From an uncultured Eubacteriales bacterium (GTDB lineage: Bacteria > Bacillota > Clostridia > Oscillospirales > Oscillospiraceae), in contig ONCI01000003.1 in NCBI GenBank assembly GCA_900316255.1, positions 33,584-97,583 of the forward strand: a stretch of DNA of 64,000 nucleotides, written 5' to 3'. The notes beneath the pieces were generated by a model. That model saw nothing but the letters and a program-made list of their open reading frames with translations, was not told the DNA's origin and did not search any database. The position numbers and the translations under genes were made by a program. Positions 45,786-56,947 of the stretch are shown in pieces (the stretch's first letter is position 1; each line of letters opens with the position of its first letter).

Positions 45786-47272
45786 GTAGAAGGAAAAAAC
45801 TGCTGCTCAATACAGGCACCGGTTTCCTGAAACAGGTGATCGTGGTCATCTGCGGATTCATTCTGCCAAGATACATGATCTTGTATTACGGCTCCGCAGT
45901 CAACGGTGTGGTGTCCTCCATCGCCAATTATCTCAGCTTCATCTCCCTTCTGGACATGGGGGTCGGCGCAGTAGTCCAGGCCAATCTCTATAAGCCTCTG
46001 GCGGAGGGAGACAGGGACCAGATCAGCCGGATCGTCATTTCGTCTGAACGCTTTTTCAGAAGACTTGCATTCATTTTCATCGCTTACATCACGGTACTTT
46101 GCTTCGTATTCCCACTTGTGGTGAATACGGGATTCAATTCCTTTTTCACCATCACGCTGCTGATCATCATTTCAATCAGTACTTTAGCGGAGTACATGTT
46201 TGGAATCACCTATCAGCTGCTGCTGAATGCTGACCAAAGGTCGTATGTCCCGCTCTTGATGCAGATCGGCACAGTCCTGATGAATACGGTCTTTGCGATC
46301 CTGCTGATGAAAATGGGCGCTTCAATCCATGTGGTGAAGCTGATGACCTCCGCGGTCTATGTGCTTCGCCCTGTCGGTCAGATGCTCTATGTCAGAAAAC
46401 ATTACCGGTTGAACAGGAAAATCGAAATCGTCGGTGAGCCGATCCAGCAGAAGTGGAACGGCTTTTCCCAGCATCTTGCCGCTGTAGTGTGCCAGAATAT
46501 CGATATTGTGGTACTGTCGCTGTTCTCCACCATGGAGAATGTTTCAATCTACTCCGTATATTTCAACGTATCCAACGGTATTGTGCAGATCGTCCTCATG
46601 GCAGCCACCGGGTTGGAGTCCTTTTTTGGCAACATGATCGCAAAGCGCGAACGGGATGAGCTGAGCCGGAGCTTTCAGATGGTGGAATGGATCATCCATA
46701 CCGGGGTCACAGTCATCTTTACCATCGCGGCACTTACCATCGTCCCCTTTGTCTCAGTCTATACCAGAGGCATTACAGATGCAGACTACATCCAGCCGGT
46801 ATTTGGGGCTCTCCTGGTTGCGGCTTACGGTTTCCGGTGCATCCGTGTCCCGTACTTCCGCGTGGTCAAAGCTGCGGGACACTTTAAAGAAACTCAGAAC
46901 GGCGCATATATCTCGGCAATTCTGAATATCGTGATCACCGTTTCGCTTGTTTTTCGCTACGGGCTCATTGGAGCTGCGGCGGGGACGCTCGCTGCCATGC
47001 TGTATCACACCTGTTATTTTGTGTGGTATCTGAGGAAAAACATTCTGGAGCGTTCCATCTGGCCTTTTATACAGTACATTCTCGTGGACGGGCTGACCGT
47101 TTTCTTGTCCGTTTTTGCAAGCAGACTCTTTTCCTTCCAAGGGGAGTCCTATCAGACCTGGGTGCTCTATGCTGCGGAGATCTCTGCCGTGGTAATCATG
47201 ATCAGCTCGGTCCTGAACCTCCTGGTGTACAGGAAACAGGCAGGAGCGGCATGGAAACTGCTGAGAAAATAG
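45782..47272 (+). CDS. Oligosaccharide flippase (Wzx, MOP superfamily)
   Basis: 496 aa, ~12-14 TM, ATGA overlap with capA-like stop. Confidence 0.8.
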   Translation: MSRRKKLLLNTGTGFLKQVIVVICGFILPRYMILYYGSAVNGVVSSIANYLSFISLLDMGVGAVVQANLYKPLAEGDRDQISRIVISSERFFRRLAFIFIAYITVLCFVFPLVVNTGFNSFFTITLLIIISISTLAEYMFGITYQLLLNADQRSYVPLLMQIGTVLMNTVFAILLMKMGASIHVVKLMTSAVYVLRPVGQMLYVRKHYRLNRKIEIVGEPIQQKWNGFSQHLAAVVCQNIDIVVLSLFSTMENVSIYSVYFNVSNGIVQIVLMAATGLESFFGNMIAKRERDELSRSFQMVEWIIHTGVTVIFTIAALTIVPFVSVYTRGITDADYIQPVFGALLVAAYGFRCIRVPYFRVVKAAGHFKETQNGAYISAILNIVITVSLVFRYGLIGAAAGTLAAMLYHTCYFVWYLRKNILERSIWPFIQYILVDGLTVFLSVFASRLFSFQGESYQTWVLYAAEISAVVIMISSVLNLLVYRKQAGAAWKLLRK

Positions 47273-47297
47273 CGGATTCGCGTTTCCGAATCCCAGC

Positions 47298-47333
47298 AAA
47301 AAGGCAAGCCGGCTCAGGCCGGCTTGCCTTTTT
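47298..47333. terminator. Bidirectional terminator between convergent wzx and epimerase genes
   Basis: 16-bp stem 47298-47313 / 47318-47333, loop TCAG, A5 and T5 flanks. Confidence 0.85.
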
Positions 47334-47365
47334 GCGCCTCTTGGGGGGAGAGGATCTGAGATGAT

Positions 47366-48436
47366 TCACTTGGCGTAGTAGTCTTTGTACCACCGGGCAA
47401 AGGCGCGGAGCCCTTCCCGGATGCCGATGGAGGGGCGGAAGCCGTAATCCTCTTCCAGCGCGCTGCTGTCGGCATAGGTCACGGGCACGTCTCCGGGCTG
47501 CATGCCCACCAGTTCCCGGTGCCCCTCAAAGTCATAATCCTCCGGCAGGATCCCTGCGCGGACCAGCTCTTCCTGCAGGGTGGCGACAAAGTCCAGCAAG
47601 TTTTCCGGCTGCCCGCCGCCGATGTTATAGATGGCATAGGGCGGCAGGGGAAGCCCGTCCTCGCCCAAAAGCGTCTCCGGCGCGCCCCGCATCACCCGGA
47701 GGATCCCCTCCACAATGTCGTCGATATAGGTGAAGTCTCTGCGCATGTTGCCGAAGTTGAAGATCCGGATCTTCTGCCCGGCGGCAAGACGTCGGGTGGC
47801 GCTGTAATAAAACATGTCCGGGCGGCCTGCAGGACCGTAAACGGTAAAAAAGCGCAGACCGGTGGAGGGGATGGAGTAGAGCTTGGCGTAGCTGTGGGCC
47901 AGAAGCTCATCGCTCTTCTTCGTCGCGGCGTATAGGCTCACGGGGTGATCCACCTTGTCCTCCACGGAGAAGGGGACCTTTTTGTTCCCGCCGTAGACGC
48001 TGCTGCTGGAAGCATAGACCAGATGCTCCACCGGATAGGCACGGCAGGCCTCCAGGATCTGGTAAAAACCGATGAGGTTGCTTTCGATATAGGCGTCGGG
48101 GTGGTCGATGCTGTAGCGAACGCCGGCCTGGGCCGCCAGGTTTACCACCACTGCCGGGCGATAGTCCCGGAAAACGCGCCGCACCAGCTCCTTGTCGGCC
48201 AGATTTCCGCGGATGAAGATGTGCTTCACCGGGGAGGCGGCAGCGGCTTTATCGATCTGCTGCAGGCGCCACTCCTTCAGGCTGACCTCGTAATAGTCGT
48301 TCATGCTGTCAAAGCTGATGACGGTGCCGCTCTGCAGCTCTTTCAGCAGGCGGATGACCAGATAGGTCCCGATAAAGCCGGGCGAGCCGGTGACCAGAAT
48401 GGTCTTGCCGTTCAGTTCAACGGGTACTTTTTTCAT
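47366..48436 (-). CDS. NAD-dependent epimerase, UDP-glucuronate 4-epimerase type
   Basis: 356 aa; VTGSPGFIGTYL, SSSSVYG, YAATKKS (YxxxK). Confidence 0.8.
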   Translation of the reverse strand: MKKVPVELNGKTILVTGSPGFIGTYLVIRLLKELQSGTVISFDSMNDYYEVSLKEWRLQQIDKAAAASPVKHIFIRGNLADKELVRRVFRDYRPAVVVNLAAQAGVRYSIDHPDAYIESNLIGFYQILEACRAYPVEHLVYASSSSVYGGNKKVPFSVEDKVDHPVSLYAATKKSDELLAHSYAKLYSIPSTGLRFFTVYGPAGRPDMFYYSATRRLAAGQKIRIFNFGNMRRDFTYIDDIVEGILRVMRGAPETLLGEDGLPLPPYAIYNIGGGQPENLLDFVATLQEELVRAGILPEDYDFEGHRELVGMQPGDVPVTYADSSALEEDYGFRPSIGIREGLRAFARWYKDYYAK

Positions 48437-48448
48437 GCTGTACTTCCT

Positions 48449-49186
48449 TTATTTCGTGATTCCGCGGTAGTTGTTCCGGGCGGTCTCATAGCTCTCCAGA
48501 TTGCCGATATCGAAACGGTGCCCCGGCATTTCCATGCTGTACATCCTGCTGTGCGCGCACATCCAGGCTACCAGGCTGCCCGGCGCGTCCACGCCGCAGC
48601 CTTCCTCGATGGCGCTTTGGATCTTCCCCAGATCCTCTTCGGTGTAGAAGTAGAAGGGCGGGGTGCACCAGTGAGATTTGGGCTCGGCGGGCTTTTCCTC
48701 CAGAGAGAGGAGACGCTCCTCCCCGTCGATCACGGAGACGCCGGATCTGCGCAGCCTGGCGAGGTCCGCTTCATAATAGCGCATGGTGCAGGAACTCTGC
48801 TTTTCCATAGCGTAGCGGAGGAAAGAAGTCAGAGAAAAGTCCAGCAGATTGTCCCCCGCGATGATGAGCAGATCCTCGTGAAGCGAGAGCGTATCCAGAA
48901 CGAACTGGATATCCCGCACCGCGCCGAGGCGGGTCTCGTTGCTGTCCGTGCCGTCGTCCACCACGGTGATGGGCAGCGTGTGGGAAGCGGCCCAGCGCTG
49001 AAAATGGGGAGCGAACTTGTGATTGGTCACGACGATATAGCCGTTCACCAGACCGGCGCTGTCAATGTCCTCCAGCAGCCAGTCCAGAATGGTCTTTCCC
49101 CCGACCTCCAGCAGAGGCTTGGGGAAATTCTCTGTAAGGGGATAGAGGCGGGTGGCGTAGCCTGCCGCCAGGATCAGACATTTCAT
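48449..49186 (-). CDS. Sugar-1-phosphate nucleotidylyltransferase
   Basis: 245 aa; LILAAGYATRLYPLTENFPKPLL signature. Confidence 0.8.
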   Translation of the reverse strand: MKCLILAAGYATRLYPLTENFPKPLLEVGGKTILDWLLEDIDSAGLVNGYIVVTNHKFAPHFQRWAASHTLPITVVDDGTDSNETRLGAVRDIQFVLDTLSLHEDLLIIAGDNLLDFSLTSFLRYAMEKQSSCTMRYYEADLARLRRSGVSVIDGEERLLSLEEKPAEPKSHWCTPPFYFYTEEDLGKIQSAIEEGCGVDAPGSLVAWMCAHSRMYSMEMPGHRFDIGNLESYETARNNYRGITK

Positions 49187-49195
49187 GCTTTCACC

Positions 49196-50368
49196 TCACA
49201 GCTGCACGCCGTCTGCGCTCCGGCAGAGATGGAAGGAGTATTTGCCCTCCAGATGGGGGAAGGCCTTCAGATATTCGGCGGTGACATGCTCCCGGATGCT
49301 CTCGGCATAGGCGGGGTCGATCAGCGCGATGCAGCAGCCCTTGAAGCCCGCGCCGGAAAAGCGGCCGCCGTAAATGCCGTCCGTCTCCCGCATGATCTCG
49401 TAGAGTCGGATCTGCTCCGGTGCGCCGGATTCCCAGTTGTGGATGCTGCTCCAGCCGGATTCAAAGGAAAGTCTGCCGTATTCGGCAATGTCGCCCCGGC
49501 GCCAGGCCTCGGCGCCGGCCTCTACCCTCTGAAACTCCGTGTACCAGTGCTCACAGCGTCTTGCCCAGGGGAGCGGGAGCCGGTCCTTGTACTGCTTATA
49601 GACTTCGAAGGGCACATAGCGGGCGTTGGCCTCGTTGAATTTGCCGTACTCCATCCCAGCCAGGGCCTGCAGGGCATAGACGCCCGCCCGCAGCTCATCC
49701 ACCCGCATGTTGTATTTGGAGCCAACCAGGCTGTGCTCCAGCCCGCTGAAGAAAATGGCGATCTGATAGGGCTTCATGTTAGCCGGCGTGGGGATCAGCT
49801 CGAAACTGCCGTCCCGGGTGTCCAGATACAGCAGATGATCCTTTTTTCCCAGCACCTCGCAGCTCTGGTCCAGGGTGCCCACATTCACGCCCACGTAGTT
49901 CTTTTCCGCGTCAAAGGCAGTTTCGATCAGCTCGCTTGCGCTGAGGGACACAGCGTTGACGTGGCAGAGCGCGGAGAGAAAAGCCAGGATCACTGCCGCG
50001 GAGGAGGAGAGACCGCCGATGGGCAGGGAACCTTCGATCACCCCGCAGAGGCCCACGGAGAGGGGATGGCGCTTGCTCAGCGCCCAGACGGCGCCGCGCA
50101 GGTAATCCGCCCAGTCATGGACCGGAGAGGCGGGGATGGATTTGATGTGCCATTGGGCTCGCTTGGGAAACTGAAGAGAGGTGACCTCCACAACGCCGTT
50201 TTGCTTGGGGCCGTAGGCCATGTGGATGCCCTTGTCGATGGAGAAGCCGGTGATCTTGCCCAGATTGTGGTCCGAATGTGCGCCGATGGGGCAGATCCGA
50301 TAGGGGGAAAAGCTGATCCCCTCCGGGGAGCGACCGTAGATCTCAAAAAAACGTTCTTCACAAAGCAT
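49196..50368 (-). CDS. GHMP kinase, galactokinase-like sugar-1-kinase
   Basis: 390 aa; ICPIGAHSDHNLG (galactokinase-signature-like), LPIGGLSSSAAV (GHMP ATP motif). Confidence 0.8.
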   Translation of the reverse strand: MLCEERFFEIYGRSPEGISFSPYRICPIGAHSDHNLGKITGFSIDKGIHMAYGPKQNGVVEVTSLQFPKRAQWHIKSIPASPVHDWADYLRGAVWALSKRHPLSVGLCGVIEGSLPIGGLSSSAAVILAFLSALCHVNAVSLSASELIETAFDAEKNYVGVNVGTLDQSCEVLGKKDHLLYLDTRDGSFELIPTPANMKPYQIAIFFSGLEHSLVGSKYNMRVDELRAGVYALQALAGMEYGKFNEANARYVPFEVYKQYKDRLPLPWARRCEHWYTEFQRVEAGAEAWRRGDIAEYGRLSFESGWSSIHNWESGAPEQIRLYEIMRETDGIYGGRFSGAGFKGCCIALIDPAYAESIREHVTAEYLKAFPHLEGKYSFHLCRSADGVQL

Positions 50369-50380
50369 GGTCTTTCCTCC

Positions 50381-51898
50381 TCAGTCCCGACGAAACAGAT
50401 CCCGGGTGTAGACTTTTTCTTCCACGTCATCCAGAACGGCGTCGTAGCGGTTGGCGATGATGCAGCCGCAGATCTGTTTGAAGCGCTCCAGGTCATTGAC
50501 GACCTGGCTGCCGAAGAAGGTGCTGCCGTCCTCCAGGGTGGGCTCGTAGATGACCACGGCGGCGCCCTTGGCTTTGATGCGCTTCATCACGCCCTGGATG
50601 CTGCTTTGACGGAAATTGTCGCTGTTGCTCTTCATGGTGAGCCGATAGACGCCCACGGTGACCTGCCGTTCCTTGGCGGGATCGAAATCCGCGTTGCTGG
50701 TATAAGCGCCTGCGATCTCCAGTACGCGCTCAGCGATGTAGTCTTTTCTGGTCCGGTTGCTGTCCACGATAGCCTGGATCAGGTTTTCCGGCACATCCCG
50801 GTAGTTGGCCAGCAGCTGCTTGGTGTCCTTGGGCAGGCAGTATCCGCCGTAACCGAAGGAGGGATTGTTGTAGTAATCGCCCACGCGGGGATCCAGACAC
50901 ACGCCCTTGATGATCTTGGCAGTGCTCAGACCCTTCATCTCCGCATAGGTGTCCAGCTCGTTGAAGAAGCTCACACGAAGCGCCAGATAGGTGTTCACGA
51001 AGAGCTTGGTGGCTTCCGCTTCGGTGAAACCCATGAAGAGCGTGGGAACGGGGTTCTTGACAGCGCCCTGCTGCAGGAGGGCGGCAAAGACCCGCGCAGC
51101 CTGGGCGTTTTGCTCATTGCAGCCCACAATGATTCGGCTGGGATAGAGGTTGTCGTACAGCGCCCTGGACTCCCGCAGAAATTCCGGGCTGAACAGGATA
51201 TTGTCCGCCTGAAAGCGCTGCCGCACCGATTCCGTGTATCCCACGGGGACGGTGGATTTGATGACCACAACGGGCTTGTTTTCCCGCGCGGCAGTGGCCT
51301 TCCGGATCAGCTCCAGAACCGATTCCACAGCGGAGCAGTCGAAGTAGTTGGTCTTGGGATCGTAGTTGGTCGGCACGGCGATGATGATAAAATCCGCATC
51401 GGCATAGGCGCTTTCTCCGTCGGTGGTGGCGGTCAGGCTGAGCTTCCGGGTTCCGGCCTCTGCCTCGGCAAAGAATTTTTCGATGTACGCATCCTGGATC
51501 GGGGAGCCGAAGCGATTGATGAGCTCTGCTTTGTCAGGATTTGTGCACACAGCGGTGACCTGATGACAGCCTGCGAGGAGAACCGCCAGGGAAAGCCCCA
51601 CATAACCCACGCCGGCTACGGCGATCTTGTAGCAGCGGTCAACGGGTATGTCCTCGCCGCTCTGCTCCACAAAAAGCTCGGTCAGATCAAATCCCAGCGC
51701 GGATGCCAGGGCTTCCAGCTGCGCGATAGAGGGCGTATAGGTCCCGTTTTCCAGATTGGAGAGCGTAGGACGGCTGATCCCCGTCCGCTGGGCCAGTTGG
51801 GCCTGGGTGAGGCGCAGGGCCTTTCGGCGGCTGACCACCGTTTCGGAAAGAAGAGAAAGAGAAAGCGTTCGCACAGTAAGATCCTCCTGGAGACGCAT
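50381..51898 (-). CDS. ugd: XRE-type HTH domain fused to UDP-glucose 6-dehydrogenase
   Basis: 505 aa; aa ~20-80 [46 protein letters not shown]; then [13 protein letters not shown] Rossmann, catalytic [10 protein letters not shown]. Confidence 0.85.
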   Translation of the reverse strand: MRLQEDLTVRTLSLSLLSETVVSRRKALRLTQAQLAQRTGISRPTLSNLENGTYTPSIAQLEALASALGFDLTELFVEQSGEDIPVDRCYKIAVAGVGYVGLSLAVLLAGCHQVTAVCTNPDKAELINRFGSPIQDAYIEKFFAEAEAGTRKLSLTATTDGESAYADADFIIIAVPTNYDPKTNYFDCSAVESVLELIRKATAARENKPVVVIKSTVPVGYTESVRQRFQADNILFSPEFLRESRALYDNLYPSRIIVGCNEQNAQAARVFAALLQQGAVKNPVPTLFMGFTEAEATKLFVNTYLALRVSFFNELDTYAEMKGLSTAKIIKGVCLDPRVGDYYNNPSFGYGGYCLPKDTKQLLANYRDVPENLIQAIVDSNRTRKDYIAERVLEIAGAYTSNADFDPAKERQVTVGVYRLTMKSNSDNFRQSSIQGVMKRIKAKGAAVVIYEPTLEDGSTFFGSQVVNDLERFKQICGCIIANRYDAVLDDVEEKVYTRDLFRRD

Positions 51899-52103
51899 GT
51901 TATAAAAGCTTGGAGCATGGGCGTATGCGCAGGCTCACCTGCTGAATATACCAGCTGTCGCGCCGAACGTCAATAGAAAAGTCAGAATACACGACGAAAA
52001 CCCGGAGGGAAATCCAATTTTTCCCCTTGATCCTGTCGTGAATTTCGACAAGATGGAAGAACGTTCCCAGCACAGCAAAAAAGCGCGTGCAGCCTTGTCC
52101 GGC

Positions 52104-52132
52104 TTGCGAAAGCCGCAGATCTGTGGTACACT
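52104..52132 (+). promoter_or_regulatory. Candidate promoter for rfbA-rfbB
   Basis: TTGCGA (52104-52109) - 17 nt - TACACT (52127-52132). Confidence 0.4.
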
Positions 52133-52177
52133 GCAAGCAGAATCGCTTCGAGCATTACCGTAAGGAGGGGAGCACCC

Positions 52178-53050
52178 ATGAAAGGGATCATTCTGGCCGG
52201 CGGGAAGGGCACCAGGCTCTATCCCATGACCAAGGCCGTTTCCAAGCAGCTTCTTCCCATCTACGACAAGCCCATGATCTATTACCCCCTGTCCATCCTG
52301 ATGCTGGCAGGTATCCGGGAGATCCTGATCATCTCCACGCCGGAGGACACCCCGGTGTATGAAAAACTCCTGGGGGACGGGAGGCGCATCGGCATCTCCC
52401 TCTCCTACAAGGTCCAGGAGACGCCTCGCGGCCTGGCGGACGCCTTCATCCTGGGGGAGGACTTCATCGGGACGGACAGCGTCTGCCTCATCCTGGGGGA
52501 CAATGTGTTCTACGGTCTGGACATGACCAGCACCCTCCGCGCCGCCATGGCGCAGAACATCGGCGCCACCATTTTCGGCTACCCGGTGAAGGATCCCCGC
52601 AGCTTCGGCGTGGTGGAGTTTGACCGGGAAGGGAAGGTCCTCTCCATCGAGGAAAAGCCAGAAAAGCCCAAGTCCAACTATGCCGTTCCCGGCCTCTATT
52701 TCTATGACAACCGGGTGGTGGAGATCGCAAAGCGGGTGCAGCCCTCCGCCCGGGGAGAGATCGAGATCACCGCGGTCAACAACGCCTATCTTGCGCTCGG
52801 CGAGCTGCGGGTCACCCTGCTGGGCCGGGGCATGGCCTGGCTGGACACCGGCACTCCGGAGGGCATGCTGAAGGCCGCCGAGTTTGTGGAGGCCGTGCAG
52901 GACCGCCAGGGCTTCTACGTCTCCTGCATCGAGGAGATCGCCTGGCGCCGGGGCTTTATTACAAAAGAGCAGCTGCGCGCCCTGGGCGAAGAGCTTAAAA
53001 TGACCGATTACGGCCAATACCTGATTTCCCTCGCGGAAGGAGAGCTTTGA
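52178..53050 (+). CDS. rfbA: Glucose-1-phosphate thymidylyltransferase
   Basis: 290 aa; [35 protein letters not shown]. Confidence 0.95.
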   Translation: MKGIILAGGKGTRLYPMTKAVSKQLLPIYDKPMIYYPLSILMLAGIREILIISTPEDTPVYEKLLGDGRRIGISLSYKVQETPRGLADAFILGEDFIGTDSVCLILGDNVFYGLDMTSTLRAAMAQNIGATIFGYPVKDPRSFGVVEFDREGKVLSIEEKPEKPKSNYAVPGLYFYDNRVVEIAKRVQPSARGEIEITAVNNAYLALGELRVTLLGRGMAWLDTGTPEGMLKAAEFVEAVQDRQGFYVSCIEEIAWRRGFITKEQLRALGEELKMTDYGQYLISLAEGEL

Positions 53051-53051
53051 T

Positions 53052-54071
53052 ATGACCATTCTTGTCACCGGCGGCGCCGGCTTCATCGGCTCCAACTTCA
53101 TCTTTTATGAGCGGGCCCATCACCCGGAGGACCGCATCGTCTGTGTGGATAAGCTCACCTACGCGGGCAACCTCTCCACCCTGGCTCCGGTGCTGAACGA
53201 CCCCATGTTTCGCTTCTATAAGACCGACATCTGCGACCGGAAGGCGGTCTATGCCATCTTCGAAGAGGAAAAGCCGGATATCGTGGTGAACTTCGCCGCG
53301 GAATCCCATGTGGACCGGAGCATCGAGAATCCGGAGATCTTCCTGCAGACCAACATCATCGGCACCGCCGTGCTGATGGACGCCTGCCGCACCTTCGGCG
53401 TAGGACGTTACCACCAGGTCAGCACCGACGAGGTCTACGGCGATCTGCCTCTGGACCGGCCTGACCTCTTTTTCACCGAGGAGACCCCCATCCACACGTC
53501 CAGCCCCTATTCCTCCTCCAAGGCCGCGGCGGACCTGCTGGTCATGGCCTATCACCGGACCTATGATCTGCCGGTCTCTCTCAGCCGCTGCTCCAACAAC
53601 TACGGCCCCTATCAGTTCCCGGAAAAGCTCATCCCCCTTATGATCGCAAACTGCCTCTCGGACAAGCCCCTGCCGGTCTACGGCCAGGGCCTCAATGTGC
53701 GGGACTGGCTCTATGTGGAGGACCACTGCAAGGCGGTGGATCTGGTGATGCGCAGGGGCGCCGTGGGCCAGGTCTACAACATCGGCGGCCACAACGAGAT
53801 GCGCAACATCGATATTGTCCGCCTGATCTGCCAGGAACTTCACAAGCCCGAGAGCCTCATCACCTATGTGACGGACCGCAAGGGCCACGACATGCGCTAT
53901 GCCATCGACCCCAGCAAGATCCACCGGGATCTGGACTGGCTGCCGGATACCAAGTTTTCCGACGGCATCGTGCAGACCATCCGCTGGTATCTGGACAATC
54001 GGGACTGGTGGGGCGAGATCGTCTCCGGCGAGTATCAGAGCTATTACGAGAGAATGTACGGAAACCGCTGA
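53052..54071 (+). CDS. rfbB: dTDP-glucose 4,6-dehydratase
   Basis: 339 aa; ILVTGGAGFIGSNF, QVSTDEVYG, YSSSKAAAD. Confidence 0.95.
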   Translation: MTILVTGGAGFIGSNFIFYERAHHPEDRIVCVDKLTYAGNLSTLAPVLNDPMFRFYKTDICDRKAVYAIFEEEKPDIVVNFAAESHVDRSIENPEIFLQTNIIGTAVLMDACRTFGVGRYHQVSTDEVYGDLPLDRPDLFFTEETPIHTSSPYSSSKAAADLLVMAYHRTYDLPVSLSRCSNNYGPYQFPEKLIPLMIANCLSDKPLPVYGQGLNVRDWLYVEDHCKAVDLVMRRGAVGQVYNIGGHNEMRNIDIVRLICQELHKPESLITYVTDRKGHDMRYAIDPSKIHRDLDWLPDTKFSDGIVQTIRWYLDNRDWWGEIVSGEYQSYYERMYGNR

Positions 54072-54086
54072 GCTTGTTATAAAAAC

Positions 54087-54120
54087 AAAAAAACCGCAGC
54101 CGGATGGCTGCGGTTTTTTT
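54087..54120. terminator. Bidirectional terminator between rfbB and cdsA
   Basis: CCGCAGCC (54094-54101) / GGCTGCGG (54106-54113), loop GGAT, A7 and T7 flanks. Confidence 0.85.
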
Positions 54121-54139
54121 CTATGAGGGGAGAGGAAGA

Positions 54140-54937
54140 TCATACCCCGATCCCCGCGATGTGCAGGATGATATAGGCGGTGGGGATGGAGAAGAGCAGG
54201 CTGTCGGCCCGGTCGAACATGCCGCCGTGGCCCGGGATCAGATTGGAGAAGTCCTTCACGCCGATCATCCGCTTCAGCAGGCTTTCCGCCAGATCGCCGA
54301 TCTGCCCCATGGTGGAGGAGAGCAGACAGGTGATCAGGCACAGGGGGAGGCTCAGATCCGGGAAGATGGGCAGCAGATAGATGATGAGGCCAACCACCAG
54401 CGACGAAAGCGCCCCGGAGATGGCGCCCTCCCAGGTTTTCTTGGGGCTCACCAGCGGAGCCATCTTGTGCTTGCCAAAGGCCATGCCCCCGAAGAGGGCA
54501 AAGGTGTCGCAAAGCAAAGTTGCTGCAGTGGCCAGCAGCAGCGTCTCCTCCCAGATCTCGCCCACGCCGATCATCATCAGGATGCCGAAGAGAAAGCCCG
54601 GATAGGCAAGGCCCGCCACGGTATAGAGAGCGCCGTTGCCGGTGACCTTGTGGTGGATGATGCCGGAGAACATGGCAAGATAGATGCCGATCACCATGAA
54701 TCCGATATAGAGGATCGGCCCCTGATGGAACAGGGTGAGCAGTGCCTGGGCGGCGATGTAGCTGTACATCACCCAGGCGGCACAGTAGACGTTCAGCTTT
54801 TCCACAGCCCTGCTGTATTCGTAGCAGCACAGTACGCCCGCCGCGGCAAAGAACAGCACCCGGCTGACCTCTGACAGCAGCACGCAGCTCAGGGTGATGG
54901 CCAGCAGCACGATGGCGGAAAGGACGCGTTGTTTCAA
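54140..54937 (-). CDS. cdsA: Phosphatidate cytidylyltransferase
   Basis: 265 aa polytopic; C-terminal signature SLLKRMIGVKDFSNLIPGHGGMFDRADS; TTG start after GAGGGA. Confidence 0.85.
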   Translation of the reverse strand: MKQRVLSAIVLLAITLSCVLLSEVSRVLFFAAAGVLCCYEYSRAVEKLNVYCAAWVMYSYIAAQALLTLFHQGPILYIGFMVIGIYLAMFSGIIHHKVTGNGALYTVAGLAYPGFLFGILMMIGVGEIWEETLLLATAATLLCDTFALFGGMAFGKHKMAPLVSPKKTWEGAISGALSSLVVGLIIYLLPIFPDLSLPLCLITCLLSSTMGQIGDLAESLLKRMIGVKDFSNLIPGHGGMFDRADSLLFSIPTAYIILHIAGIGV

Positions 54938-55054
54938 ACTGGATCCCTCGTTTCGACTCTTTCTTCGCTCTTAGCTTATCATAGTTTGCCCGTTTCAACA
55001 AGACCTTTTCTGTACATGCTTTGCCAAATCCGGCTTCTGCGCCAGAATTTTCTG

Positions 55055-55083
55055 TTGTGTTTGGACAGAAGCTGTGCTATGAT
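55055..55083 (+). promoter_or_regulatory. Candidate promoter for the DUF853 gene
   Basis: TTGTGT - 17 nt - TATGAT (55078-55083) with TGn extension. Confidence 0.35.
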
Positions 55084-55149
55084 GAAGTGAGCAAATATTG
55101 TCCCGAAGACAATGAAAAGAAACAATATCTGGTAACAGGGGGTATCCAT

Positions 55150-56877
<1,728 letters not shown>

Positions 56878-56897
56878 GAAGCGATTTTTTCGACAGT

Positions 56898-56944
56898 ACA
56901 GAGAACTCCCGGAAAAGCCATCTGCTTTTCCGGGAGTTCTCTGT
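56898..56944. terminator. 21-bp perfect hairpin between convergent genes
   Basis: ACAGAGAACTCCCGGAAAAGC (56898-56918) / GCTTTTCCGGGAGTTCTCTGT (56924-56944), loop CATCT; no U-tract. Confidence 0.55.
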
Positions 56945-56947
56945 GTG

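Noticed and set aside
47945-51976. 1343-aa plus-strand ORF running stop-free across four minus-strand genes (epimerase, nucleotidyltransferase, kinase, HTH::ugd)
   Set aside because: It is antisense to four genes that each have clear family motifs. Its translation is low-complexity (G/A/V/H/Q/D/L-rich) with no motifs. It looks like a GC-rich shadow frame where stop codons are rare.
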